From an uncultured Gemmatimonadales bacterium (GTDB taxonomy: Bacteria; Gemmatimonadota; Gemmatimonadetes; Longimicrobiales; RSA9): a stretch of DNA of 64,000 nt. Position 1 is the first letter of the stretch; each line of letters starts with the position of its first letter. The notes under the pieces were generated by a model. It had not been told where the DNA came from, searched no databases, and was given only the letters and a program-made list of their open reading frames with translations. The translations under genes were made by a program, and so were the position numbers. Positions 51,794-61,657 of the stretch are shown in pieces. Location: contig CAWCRS010000010.1 in the NCBI GenBank assembly GCA_963798085.1, positions 32,001 to 96,000 on the forward strand, given 5' to 3'.

Positions 51794-54244
51794 ATGATGC
51801 GCCTGCACCTCCTGTACGACCTGCGTCTCTCTGTGCGCAGTCTGCGAAAGAGCCCCGGCTTCGCTGCGGTGGCGGTGCTCACGTTCGCGCTGGGCATTGG
51901 GCTCAACAGCGTGATCTTCAGCATGATCAATCCGTTCGTGATCCGGCCGCTGCCCGTACCCGCCGCCGCGCAGCTCGTGGTGGTGGGCCAGCAGGATGAG
52001 CAGCTGTCGTTCCCTGTCGAGGTCGATTATCAGGACTATCTCGCGCTGCGTGATGGCGACGACGCGTTCGCCAGTCTCACCGCGCACATCACCTACGCGG
52101 CGGACCTCAGTGGCGATGGTCCCGCCGAGCGCATCTGGGTGCAGGAAACCAGTGCCAACCTCTTCGAGACGCTGGGGCTGCGCGCCGCCATCGGCCGCAC
52201 CTTCGTCACGGGCGATGATGCGGCGCCCCAGAGCCGGCCGCTGCTGGTCCTGACCGATGCGTTCTGGCGTCGTCGCTTCGCCGCCGATCCAGCGGTCATT
52301 GGCCGCACGCTGCGTTTCAACGGCAGCCCGGTGACCATTGCGGGAGTGCTGCCACCCGGCTTCATCGGTCTGCGCAGCGGCATGCGGATGGATGCGTTCG
52401 TGCCGCTGAACCAGGTCGCGCCCGGCTGGGGCCGCGCGATATCGGAGCGCGGCGCTGCATCCGTGGAGGTGCTGGGCCGTCTGCGCGACGGGCACTCGCT
52501 GGCGCAGGCGAAGCAGCAGGCCGCCGTGATCGGACAGCGTCTCGGGGCCACGTTTCCGCAGACGAATCGCGGCCGCTCCTTCGTGCTGGTGCCCGAGACG
52601 CGCGCGCGCCCCGCACTCGCCGTGGCTGCCACTACCCAGCGCGCAGCCGGCATCTTCCTCGGTCTCGTCGGCATGGTGCTGCTGATCGCGTGCGTGAATG
52701 TCGCCAATCTGATGCTGGCGAAGGCGACGACGCGGCAGCGGGATCTCGCGCTGCGCGCCGCGCTCGGTGCGGGCCGCCTGCGTCTGGTGCGACAGGCGCT
52801 GGCCGAGAGCCTGCTGCTGGCCGCACTCGGCGGCGGCGGCGCGATCCTGCTCGCCAGCTGGGCCGCGTCCGCACTGGGCCGCCTGCACGTGGCGATCGAT
52901 GCGCCCCTGGCATTCGCGGTACCCATTGACTGGCGTGTGTTCGCGTTCACACTCGCCGCGACGCTCGGCGCAGGCCTCATCGCCGCGCTGCTGCCCGCGC
53001 TGCAGGTGGCGCGCACGTCGCCGGCCGAGGCCATGCGGCACGGACAGCGCAGCGTGCTGTCGGGCGCGGGCGGCAGGACGCGCGCGTTCCTCGTCTCCGC
53101 ACAGGTCGCGACCTCCGTGGTCGTGCTCATCTCCGCACTGCTGGTGCAGCGCAGTGTGCGCGGCGCGGCGAGGCTGGATCTGGGCTTCCAGCCGGATCAC
53201 GTGCTGCTGCTGTCCGTGGATCCGTCCAATCGCGGTTATTCCTTCGCGCAGTCCACGCAGTTCTTTAACGAACTGTTAAGGAAGGCACGCGCCACACCCG
53301 GTGTGCAGGCCGCCGCGGTGGGTCGCAACATCCCGTTCGGCTACAGCAACAGCAACGCCAATGTCTACGCGGACGGTGCCCCCGTCACACCCGAGTCACG
53401 GCGCCTGATCTTCTACAGTACGGTGAGCGGCAGCTTCTTCCAGACACTGCGGCTGCCGCTGCGGGAGGGCCGGGACTTCAGTGCCGGCGACGACTCCACT
53501 GCGGCGCGGGTCGCCATCGTCAATCAGCGCATGGCGACGCTGCTCTGGCCGGGGAACAGCGCCCTGGGCCGGCGTTTCCGCGCCAGCGTCAGCGGCCCGC
53601 TGTACGAGGTGGTGGGCGTGGCAGGCGACTGGAAATACAACTGGCTGAAGGAAACGGCGCAGCCGTTCTTCTTCCTGCCCGCGGCGCAGAACGGTCTCGG
53701 GTACGCGATCCTCTACGTGCGCACGACTGGCGACCCGCTGGCGCTGGCACCGGCACTGCGCGCCATCATCAGCGGCCTGGATCCGGGTCTGCCGGTGTTC
53801 GACGTGCGCAGCATGGAGCAGCATCTGCGCGACGGCCGCGCGCTCGGACTCCTGCGCCTGGGCGGGCTCTTTGCCGCCCTCTTCGGCAGCCTCGCCCTCG
53901 CCATTGCCAGCATTGGCGTGTACGGCGTGGTGTCCTTCGCCACCAGCCGGCGTACGCGCGAGATCGCACTGCGCATGGCGCTGGGTGCGGCGGCCGGCGA
54001 CATCCGCCAGCTCGTGGTACGCCAGACACTGCTCATGTGCGGCGCCGGCATCGGCGCCGGTGGACTGCTGACACTGCTGTTCGCGAGACTGCTGTCCACG
54101 CTGCTGTTTGGTGTGGGACCCGCCGACCCGCTCAGCTACGGTTCGGTCTGCGCGCTGCTGCTGGCGATCGCCCTGCTGGCCAGCTGGCTGCCCGCGCGGC
54201 GCGCGCAGCGCGTTCAGCCGGTTACAGCGCTGCAGGAGGAATAG
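51794..54244 (+). CDS. Duplicated MacB/FtsX-type ABC permease (ADOP-like, orphan)
   Basis: RSLRKSPGF..LGIG, LLIACVNVANL, RTREIALRMALGA and PARRA..V.P..AL. No adjacent ATPase. Confidence 0.9.
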   Translation: MMRLHLLYDLRLSVRSLRKSPGFAAVAVLTFALGIGLNSVIFSMINPFVIRPLPVPAAAQLVVVGQQDEQLSFPVEVDYQDYLALRDGDDAFASLTAHITYAADLSGDGPAERIWVQETSANLFETLGLRAAIGRTFVTGDDAAPQSRPLLVLTDAFWRRRFAADPAVIGRTLRFNGSPVTIAGVLPPGFIGLRSGMRMDAFVPLNQVAPGWGRAISERGAASVEVLGRLRDGHSLAQAKQQAAVIGQRLGATFPQTNRGRSFVLVPETRARPALAVAATTQRAAGIFLGLVGMVLLIACVNVANLMLAKATTRQRDLALRAALGAGRLRLVRQALAESLLLAALGGGGAILLASWAASALGRLHVAIDAPLAFAVPIDWRVFAFTLAATLGAGLIAALLPALQVARTSPAEAMRHGQRSVLSGAGGRTRAFLVSAQVATSVVVLISALLVQRSVRGAARLDLGFQPDHVLLLSVDPSNRGYSFAQSTQFFNELLRKARATPGVQAAAVGRNIPFGYSNSNANVYADGAPVTPESRRLIFYSTVSGSFFQTLRLPLREGRDFSAGDDSTAARVAIVNQRMATLLWPGNSALGRRFRASVSGPLYEVVGVAGDWKYNWLKETAQPFFFLPAAQNGLGYAILYVRTTGDPLALAPALRAIISGLDPGLPVFDVRSMEQHLRDGRALGLLRLGGLFAALFGSLALAIASIGVYGVVSFATSRRTREIALRMALGAAAGDIRQLVVRQTLLMCGAGIGAGGLLTLLFARLLSTLLFGVGPADPLSYGSVCALLLAIALLASWLPARRAQRVQPVTALQEE

Positions 54245-54357
54245 CCGACACGTTCCACTCCTCACCGGAGAACATGCCGACCGCCTGGTTGCGCGAAGAC
54301 GCGGGCGGAGGGCGTCCCTTCACGGATCGTGAACAGCCGGCGTCCGCGGCGCGGCGC

Positions 54358-54948
54358 TCAGCGTTGCGACCGCAGCCCGCTCAGATGGCGCGCGAACTGG
54401 AAACGATTCTCCAGCAGGGTGAGGTCGGTGACGAAGCCGGCCGTGCCCGTGGGCGGCGTGTACTGCGCTTCGACCTTGGCGACGATGCTCGTCAGCGCCT
54501 GCGCGGCGCTGGCGGCCTCGACCGCTGCCGCCAGCTCCTCGGGTGTGCTCACCCTCGCCGTGTGCGGTACGCCCGCGCCCGCCGCCATGGCGGCAATGTC
54601 GCTGCCCGTCGAGGTGGCCGTGGGGAACCCACCGACGCTCAGCAGGCTCTCGTTGTCGAACACGATGTGCAGCAGATTGCGCGGGCGGTAGCGCGCCAGC
54701 GTGGTGAGCCCGCCGAGGTTCATGAGCACACTCCCATCGCCATCCAGCACGATGACCGGCAGCTCCGGCCGGCACAACGCGATCCCCAGCCCCAGCGACA
54801 ATGCCAACCCCATCGCGTGCTGCAGGTAGAAGAAATTCGGCCGATGCCCCAGCGACTGCAGCTCCGCCGCCACCGCTCCCATGATGGTGACCACAATGCT
54901 GCGTTCCAGCCGGGGATAGATGGCTTGTAGCCCTTCCAGGCGTTTCAT
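54358..54948 (-). CDS. TPP-binding 2-oxoacid decarboxylase beta subunit (ComE/sulfopyruvate decarboxylase-like)
   Basis: AMGLA and the DGDGSVLMN...DN TPP motif, then GGFPT. Confidence 0.85.
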   Translation of the reverse strand: MKRLEGLQAIYPRLERSIVVTIMGAVAAELQSLGHRPNFFYLQHAMGLALSLGLGIALCRPELPVIVLDGDGSVLMNLGGLTTLARYRPRNLLHIVFDNESLLSVGGFPTATSTGSDIAAMAAGAGVPHTARVSTPEELAAAVEAASAAQALTSIVAKVEAQYTPPTGTAGFVTDLTLLENRFQFARHLSGLRSQR

Positions 54949-54984
54949 CGGGGTTTCAGCACGGTTGGTGTCGAGCAGGGTCCG

Positions 54985-55410
54985 GACGGCGTAGCTGGGG
55001 CTCGGGCTGGTTGCTCGGGAACGGATGGATCGGATGGCGTTGCCGGGGCTGAACGCCGGGGCTGGTTGCTGGTACAACGGGCAACGGACGACAGGCGTTG
55101 CCGGGGCTGGTCGCTGGCGCTGGTTGCCCGGGAACCGACCTGGCAAGTGCGAGTGACGTGATTCTCCATCGCCAACCCTGGCCGCCCGCTGCCGCACCCG
55201 GCTGGTAACCAGGCGTTAGAAAAGCTCATGGCCCTCACTCCCATTGGCCGATCCCCCTCCGCAAGCAACGCCGACCGTTCGCTCATCTGTTCCCCAGCCC
55301 ACCCGGAAACGCCTTCCAATCCCCTGCGCTGTCCCCAGCAACCAGCCCCAGCAACGCATTCGATCTGTTGCCCGCCCGAGCCCGAACCCGAGCCCCAGCC
55401 ACAGCCCCAG
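54985..55410. repeat. Family B fold-back repeat element 2, between the ComD-like and ComE-like genes
   Basis: Several GGGCTGGTTGC/CGTTGCCGGGGCTG units at 54995-55136 and the inverse CCCCAGCAACCAGCCCCAGCAACGC at 55333-55357. Confidence 0.75.
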
Positions 55411-55416
55411 AATCCG

Positions 55417-55929
55417 TTAGTCCTCCCACATGAGATCGCGGCAGAGCAACAGCGCGACGGGGCGCAGTGCGGCGTACGCGAGCGTGATGCCCTTGCGGAT
55501 GCGGTGCTCGACGTGGTCGCGGTTGTCCAGGAGTGAATACGGGATGCGCAGGGCTTCGAGCACATGCTCGGTAACACCGCCGCCTTCCGTCTGCCACGGG
55601 TCGCGCTCGCCGAATTCGCCGCGATGGCTGATCAGCAGGAGCAGCGGGATGCGATAGAGCTGCGCGCCCGACACGATGCCGTTCACCGAGGCGAGGAAGC
55701 CGTGGTTCTGCATGAGCATGGCGGAGCGCACACCCGCCAGGTGCGCGCCCATCGAGATGCCAACGCCTTCCTCTTCCTTCGCCAGGCGCACGAGGATCAT
55801 GTCCGGATCCTCTTCCGCCATGCGGATGAGATGCACCAGCCAGGTCTCCGGCAGTGCGGACGTCAACCGCACACCGCAGGCCTTCAGCGCGTCATACACG
55901 ATGCGTGAGCTGTCGACGGAGACCGGCAT
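55417..55929 (-). CDS. TPP-dependent decarboxylase alpha subunit (ComD-like)
   Basis: LPETWL, KEEEGVGI..G, MLMQNHG and SHRG..GE. Confidence 0.85.
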   Translation of the reverse strand: MPVSVDSSRIVYDALKACGVRLTSALPETWLVHLIRMAEEDPDMILVRLAKEEEGVGISMGAHLAGVRSAMLMQNHGFLASVNGIVSGAQLYRIPLLLLISHRGEFGERDPWQTEGGGVTEHVLEALRIPYSLLDNRDHVEHRIRKGITLAYAALRPVALLLCRDLMWED

Positions 55930-56010
55930 CTCTTTATGGCGCCTTTCTGCGAATGCGAGCATCCTAGCGTCGCGGCGCCTGGAAGTGCAACCGCGGGGCA
56001 GATCGGACTG

Positions 56011-56523
56011 CGTTGCCGGGGCTGGTTGCTGGGGCTCGTTGCTGGGGAACGGCATCAACGGATCTGAACTGCGTTGCCGGGGCTGGTTGCTCGGGCTGGT
56101 TGCTGGGGAACGGCCGGCACGGATTGGCACTGCGCCTACTTGGGCTGGTTGCTGGAAACCGCAGAAACGGAATGAACGGCGGTTGCTTGCGCTGGTTGCT
56201 GGAAACGGCAGAAACGGAATGAGCGGCGTTGCTTGCGCTGGTTGCCGGGAATGGCAAACAAGGAGTGAATCGCGCTTGCCGCGCGGCCCGTGCCCGGAGC
56301 GTCGGACAAGGGACTTGAACAGGCTGTTAGCGATGCAGTGTGCGCCGGCATCGTTGTCGTTTGCACGTGCGCCGTTCCCCGGCAACCAGCCCGAGCCCCA
56401 GCCCCGGCAACGTCGTTCAATTCCGTTCCGGCCGTTCCCCAGCAACCAGTCCGAGCAACCAGCCCCAGCAACGCAGTTCAGATCCGTTGATGCCGTTCCC
56501 CAGCAACCAGCCCCGGCAACGCC
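56011..56523. repeat. Family B fold-back repeat element 3 with ~100-bp near-perfect inverted arms
   Basis: 56038-56122 is the near-exact reverse complement of ~56422-56507, including GGCATCAACGGATCTGAACTGCGTTGC. Built from ~13-bp GGGGCTGGTTGCT units. Confidence 0.85.
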
Positions 56524-56601
56524 GTATCAACCCCCTTTCCGGCGCGACCTGAATCCGTCAAGCTGAAGCCTTCCATCGGCGCACTGGAGAAAAGAGGGGA
56601 C

Positions 56602-59034
56602 TTGAGAGTTGCGATCATCGGCGGTGGGCCGGCGGGGCTCTACCTGGCGCTGCTGCTGAAGCAGGCAGACGCGGCGCACGAGATCACCGTGCTGGAGCGG
56701 AATCGCGCGGATGACACGTTCGGCTGGGGCGTCGTCTTCTCGGACCAGACGCTGGACAACCTGCGGCGAGCCGATGCGGAGACCTATCGCGAGATAACCC
56801 GACATTTCGCGCACTGGGACGACATCGACATCCACGTGCGCGGCCGCACCATCACGTCCAGCGGCCACGGCTTCAGCGGCATCGCCCGCAAGCGGCTGCT
56901 GCACATCCTGCAGGAGCGCGCGCGTGCGCTGGGCGTGCGCCTGCGCTTCCGGTGCGACGTGGGGGACGAATCGCAGCTCGCGGAACTGGGCATCGTCGCC
57001 CCCGACCTGATCGTGGCCGCGGACGGCGCCAACAGCCAGGTGCGCCGCCGGCACGCCGCGCAATTCCAGACCACGGTCGACGTGCGCACGCAGGCGCACT
57101 ACGTCTGGCTGGGCACGCGGCTGCGCTTCGATGCCTTCACCTTCATCTTCGTCGAAAACGAGCATGGCGTGTTCCAGATGCATGGCTACCGCTTCGACGA
57201 CGACTGGTCCACGTTCATTGTCGAGTGTGACGATGCGTCCTGGCGCGCCGCCGGCTTCGATCGCATGGACGCGCACCAGACCGTGGGCGCCTGTGAAGTC
57301 CTGTTCGCGCGCTGGCTGCACGGCCATCCGCTGGAGAGCAACGCGACCCACCAGTCCGCCTCGCCCTGGCTGAGCTTTCCGCGCGTCACGAACGAGCACT
57401 GGTTCCATGGGCGCAACGTGCTCGTGGGCGATGCCGCGCACACCGCGCACTTCTCCATTGGTTCCGGCACCAAGCTCGCGCTCGAGGACGCCATTGTTCT
57501 CGCCCGCGAGCTGCAGGGCGTCAACGATGCGCGCGATAATGGCGCCGTGCAGGCCGCATTGCAGCGCTATCAGGACCAGCGCCGCACGGAGGCCCTGCGC
57601 CTGCAGAATGCCGCGCGCAATTCCATGGAGTGGTTCGAGAATGTGAAGCGCTACATCAACCTCGATCCCGAGCAGTTCGCCTATTCCCTGCTCACGCGCT
57701 CACAGCGCGTGAGCCACGAGAATCTCCGCCTGCGCGACCGGGAATACCTCGAAGGCGTGGAGCGCTGGTTCGCCAGCCAGGCCACCCGCCAGGCAAACGC
57801 CGCGTTAGAAGCGACTTCTGCATCCCGTCTGCATGCAGGCGATGCAGCCGACACGTCGGGGCACACCCCCGTCCCCAGCCCCAGCCCTCCCCCTCCCATG
57901 TTCACGCCGTTCCGCCTGCGCGGGCTCCTGCTGGACAACCGCGTCGTCGTTTCGCCGATGGATATGTACAGCGCGGAAGACGGCATGCCCAACGATTTCC
58001 ACCTCGTGCACCTGGGCAGCCTCGCGCTGGGCGGCGCGGCACTGCTGTTCACCGAGATGACGTGCGTCTCGCGCGAAGGTCGTATTTCACCGGGCTGCAC
58101 GGGCATGTACCTGCCGCAGCACGCAGGCGAGTGGACGCGCATCGTCGACTTCGTGCATCGCTGGTCGCCTGCGAAGCTCGCATTGCAGCTGGGACACTCC
58201 GGACGCAAAGGCTCGACGCAGCTGATGTGGGAAGCGATGGATGAGCCGCTGCCTGACGGCAACTGGGAGACCCTCGCCCCCTCGCCCATTCCCTGGACCG
58301 AGCGCAACGCCATCCCGCGCGTCATGCACCGCGCCGACATGGAACGCGTAACAGCGGAGTTCGTGCGCGCCGCGGAAATGGGCGCCGGCTGCGGCTTCGA
58401 CATGCTCGAGTTGCACTGCGCGCACGGCTACCTGCTTTCCAGCTTCCTCACGCCAGTGAGCAACCAGCGCACTGATGCGTACGGCGGCTCGCTGGAAAAC
58501 CGGCTGCGCTACCCGCTCGAGGTGCTGCGCGCACTGCGCGCGAGCTGGCCTGCCAGCCTGCCGATCTCCGTGCGCATCTCGGCCACGGACTGGCTGGACG
58601 GCGGCATCACCGGCGATGATGCGGTAGCCATGGCCAGGGCGTTCGGGCGGGCGGGCGCGGACATCATTCACGTGTCGACGGGCCAGACATCGCCTTTGTC
58701 GCGACCGGTGTACGGGCGCATGTTCCAGACGCCGTACAGCGATCGCATCCGCAACGAGACGGGCCTGCCGACCATTGCGGTGGGCAACATCACGGAGCCG
58801 GACCAGATCAATGCGATCGTGGCGGCGGGACGTGCCGACCTGTGCGCCCTGGCGCGGCCGCATCTGGCCGACCCGCACTGGACGCAACGCGCGGCGGCGG
58901 AGCTGGGCTGGACCGGGCAGTGGTGGCCATCGCCGTATCTGACCGGCAAGCGGCAGCTCGAGCGGCTGATTGCGCGCCGCCGGGAAATGGAGCAGGCCGA
59001 GCGCAGCGCCGCCGGCGAGGAGGAACGGGAATGA
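56602..59034 (+). CDS. Bifunctional flavoprotein monooxygenase/OYE reductase (2-aminobenzoyl-CoA monooxygenase/reductase, salicylyl-CoA 5-hydroxylase family)
   Basis: [17 protein letters not shown] and [16 protein letters not shown], then the OYE domain [13 protein letters not shown] and RISATDW. Confidence 0.92.
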   Translation: MRVAIIGGGPAGLYLALLLKQADAAHEITVLERNRADDTFGWGVVFSDQTLDNLRRADAETYREITRHFAHWDDIDIHVRGRTITSSGHGFSGIARKRLLHILQERARALGVRLRFRCDVGDESQLAELGIVAPDLIVAADGANSQVRRRHAAQFQTTVDVRTQAHYVWLGTRLRFDAFTFIFVENEHGVFQMHGYRFDDDWSTFIVECDDASWRAAGFDRMDAHQTVGACEVLFARWLHGHPLESNATHQSASPWLSFPRVTNEHWFHGRNVLVGDAAHTAHFSIGSGTKLALEDAIVLARELQGVNDARDNGAVQAALQRYQDQRRTEALRLQNAARNSMEWFENVKRYINLDPEQFAYSLLTRSQRVSHENLRLRDREYLEGVERWFASQATRQANAALEATSASRLHAGDAADTSGHTPVPSPSPPPPMFTPFRLRGLLLDNRVVVSPMDMYSAEDGMPNDFHLVHLGSLALGGAALLFTEMTCVSREGRISPGCTGMYLPQHAGEWTRIVDFVHRWSPAKLALQLGHSGRKGSTQLMWEAMDEPLPDGNWETLAPSPIPWTERNAIPRVMHRADMERVTAEFVRAAEMGAGCGFDMLELHCAHGYLLSSFLTPVSNQRTDAYGGSLENRLRYPLEVLRALRASWPASLPISVRISATDWLDGGITGDDAVAMARAFGRAGADIIHVSTGQTSPLSRPVYGRMFQTPYSDRIRNETGLPTIAVGNITEPDQINAIVAAGRADLCALARPHLADPHWTQRAAAELGWTGQWWPSPYLTGKRQLERLIARRREMEQAERSAAGEEERE

Positions 59035-59849
59035 ACACGGTGTTAGAGGGAAGCGGCGCCGGGCTGCCCGCTGGCCGCTTTCTCCTGGGCCGGCACGCGC
59101 TGGTCACGGGCGGCGGTCGCGGCATCGGCGCCGCCATTGCGCACGCGCTCGCGCGCGCCGGTGCGGACATCAGTCTGCTGGGCCGGAGCGAGCCCGACCT
59201 GCAGGCGGAGGCGTCCCGCCTGGCGGCGCAGCACGGCGTGAACACGGCGGCACTGCGCGCCGATGTGACTGCAGACGACAATGTCCGGTCCGCGTTCGCG
59301 GCCGCCGCGCAGCGTTTCGGCCCCGTCCAGGTTCTGGTGAACAACGCGGGTCAGGCGGAGGGCGCCCCGCTGACGCAGACGACGCGCGAGCTTTGGGACC
59401 GCATGCTGGCTGTCAATCTCACGGCCGCGTTCACGTGCGCGAAGCTGGTTCTGCCGGGCATGCTGGCGGCGGGTAGCGGCCGCATCGTGAATGTCGGCTC
59501 GACGGCGGGATTGCGCGGCGTGGCGCGCATTGCGGCGTACTCGGCCGCCAAGCACGGGCTGGTAGGCTTGACGCGCTCGCTGGCGCTGGAAGTGGCCAAA
59601 CAGGGCGTTACGGTGAACGTGGTGTGTCCGGGCTACGTGGACACCGCCATGGCGCAGCGCGCGGTGAACGCGGTAATGACCGGAACCGGCCGTTCCGCGG
59701 AGGAAGCGACGCAGCTCGTCACGCGGCCCAGCGCATTCAACCGGCTGCTCGCGCCGGAAGAGGTGGCGGGCGTCGTCGCCTGGCTCTGTTCCCCCAATGC
59801 GGCGACCGTGACCGGACAGGCCATCGTCATTGGTGGCGACGTGGTCTGA
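59031..59849 (+). CDS. Short-chain dehydrogenase/reductase
   Basis: [12 protein letters not shown] and YSAAKH. ATG overlaps the upstream stop. Confidence 0.93.
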   Translation: MNTVLEGSGAGLPAGRFLLGRHALVTGGGRGIGAAIAHALARAGADISLLGRSEPDLQAEASRLAAQHGVNTAALRADVTADDNVRSAFAAAAQRFGPVQVLVNNAGQAEGAPLTQTTRELWDRMLAVNLTAAFTCAKLVLPGMLAAGSGRIVNVGSTAGLRGVARIAAYSAAKHGLVGLTRSLALEVAKQGVTVNVVCPGYVDTAMAQRAVNAVMTGTGRSAEEATQLVTRPSAFNRLLAPEEVAGVVAWLCSPNAATVTGQAIVIGGDVV

Positions 59850-61391
59850 TCAGCGGCCCGCCGGCTCCTCATCGAAAGCCGCATCGAACTCGTCCACCCA
59901 GGCCGTGGCGGTGCCGCCCGGCAGGCGGGGCTTCCCCTTCAGCTCCGAGTCGAAGCTGGCCAGTGCGCGCCGCGAATCCTCTGCCGCCGTGTCGCCGGTA
60001 TCATAGACAATGGCGCCCACCTGCTGCTGCTCGAGACGCAGTCTGGCGCGCATCTCATCCGCTGCCGCGAGCGCGGCGCGCAGCTGGGGAAAGCGATAAC
60101 GCAGCGTACCATCGTCCTCCGCCTCGACGCCGGCATCGAACTCCACGGCCAGCCGCTGCAGCTCCTCATTAACTGTCTGTTCCGTGAGGTTCGGATCTTC
60201 CAGCGCCTTGCGCGCCCATGCGGTGGCGCCCGCCACACTGGTGGCATGGCCTTCGATGCCCGCTTCCGAGATCACGCCCAGCAGCACCTTGCGCAGGTTC
60301 TCGCGCGAACGCGCGGCATTGGCGCGGCGCAGTGCGGCCCGCCGGAACAGTGGAACGGCGAAGAAGATGGCGCTGAACGTGAGCGGCACCCACACGAGGA
60401 ATCCCCATGCCAGCGGACCCTCCAGGCCCAGCCGCGGGAAGATGAACAACGGCGAGGTCGCCGCGGCGACGAGATTGAAGCCGTTCAGCCCGGCTATGAG
60501 CGCATCGGTTGCCGCCTTGTTGCCGGTGGCGGCCCGGGCACGCTCGAGTCGACGCCAGGCAGGCTCTGCCGGACGCGCGTGCACGCGCCCGTGCGCGCTC
60601 AGCAGCAGTTCCGGGAACACATAGGCCAGCTCGCCCTTCTCCGAGACGCGCACATCCCCATTGAACGCGCTCACCAGCCTGGCCATTTCTTCCGCGGCCT
60701 GTGCGCTGGTCATGCCCGTGTGCTGCACCAGCTCCGTCGTGGTGATCACGCCGCGGCGGCTGCGAATCATCTCGACCAGCGCGCGGTCGCGCGCCGCCGG
60801 TGTGACGTGCGGCTCATCCGGACCGAACACGAAGGCAAACACCTTCTTGTAGAACGGCACTTTCGTGCCTCGCCGCTGCTCGTGGCGGTATCCGTAGTAG
60901 GGCCGCCCATAGCGCCAGTCGCGTGTCCAGAACAGATACCAGATCCAGAACGTGGGAATGCGCATGCCGCGGCTGCTGCGCCGGTTGCCGCCGCCCTGGC
61001 GGTTGCCGTTGCCGGAGAGCACGGCCATCATGGCAGCGACGAGCAGCGCCACGAAGACCACGAAGTAGACGACGAGCATCACGACGATCCACGCCTTGAA
61101 CGCGCCCGTGAGGAATCGCTTCGCGCCTCGCTTGAAGCGCGACCACCACGATTCCCGGTCGCGCCGCATCAGCTTCGGTTCGAATTCGTAGACCAGGTCG
61201 CCCTTGTCGCTTACTGCGAGGTGGCCGCGGTAAGTGCCCAGCAGCTCGCGCAACGTCTGCTCGGTCTGCTCGCGCGGCAGACCCGTTTCGGCGACGACAT
61301 CGCCCACGGTCGCGCGTCCGCGCAGATTGCGCAGCGCACGCAGCACCGGTGTCTCTTCCAGGACGTCGGGTCGTTCGACTACGGTTTCCAT
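59850..61391 (-). CDS. Hypothetical membrane protein resembling the plant/cyanobacterial At5g03900-like family
   Basis: ATVGDV..TGL...GHLAVSDKGDLVYEF, VFAFVFGPD and repeated G-x-V-S-x-x-G-x-L-x-Y-x-F. Family assignment is from recall, not a search. Confidence 0.7.
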   Translation of the reverse strand: METVVERPDVLEETPVLRALRNLRGRATVGDVVAETGLPREQTEQTLRELLGTYRGHLAVSDKGDLVYEFEPKLMRRDRESWWSRFKRGAKRFLTGAFKAWIVVMLVVYFVVFVALLVAAMMAVLSGNGNRQGGGNRRSSRGMRIPTFWIWYLFWTRDWRYGRPYYGYRHEQRRGTKVPFYKKVFAFVFGPDEPHVTPAARDRALVEMIRSRRGVITTTELVQHTGMTSAQAAEEMARLVSAFNGDVRVSEKGELAYVFPELLLSAHGRVHARPAEPAWRRLERARAATGNKAATDALIAGLNGFNLVAAATSPLFIFPRLGLEGPLAWGFLVWVPLTFSAIFFAVPLFRRAALRRANAARSRENLRKVLLGVISEAGIEGHATSVAGATAWARKALEDPNLTEQTVNEELQRLAVEFDAGVEAEDDGTLRYRFPQLRAALAAADEMRARLRLEQQQVGAIVYDTGDTAAEDSRRALASFDSELKGKPRLPGGTATAWVDEFDAAFDEEPAGR

Positions 61392-61657
61392 CCGCTCACT
61401 CCGTGCTCCTCGAGTGCAGTGTCGTACCGCGTGCTTTTTTCTCTGGCGGCCGAGCGACACAGCCCTGTTCCATACGTCCGGATACCCCGAATGGTTCGCG
61501 CGGCGCGTGAATCCGGGCGGATTCGATCACGGTTCCGCGACGCTGCAGCCCCCGCGACTTGACCCCGGCCCCGGCTTGCGGCACTCTGCACGCCTCTCGC
61601 GCGCCGCGTCGGGGAGAGCGCCCCGCCCGGTGCACCACCGTCCGGAGATAACGCGTC

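Noticed and set aside
54358..55929. Phosphonate or coenzyme M biosynthesis cluster
   Set aside because: No PEP mutase, comA/B/C or other pathway genes are in the window.
56011..56523. CRISPR array interpretation of the family B repeats
   Set aside because: The units are degenerate, irregularly spaced and inverted, with no constant-length unique spacers and no cas genes.
55930..56566. N-terminal extensions or ORFs with [18 protein letters not shown] repeats (also 54949-55197, 49565-49917)
   Set aside because: They are translations of the family B DNA repeat. The real genes start at internal ATGs matching family N-termini.
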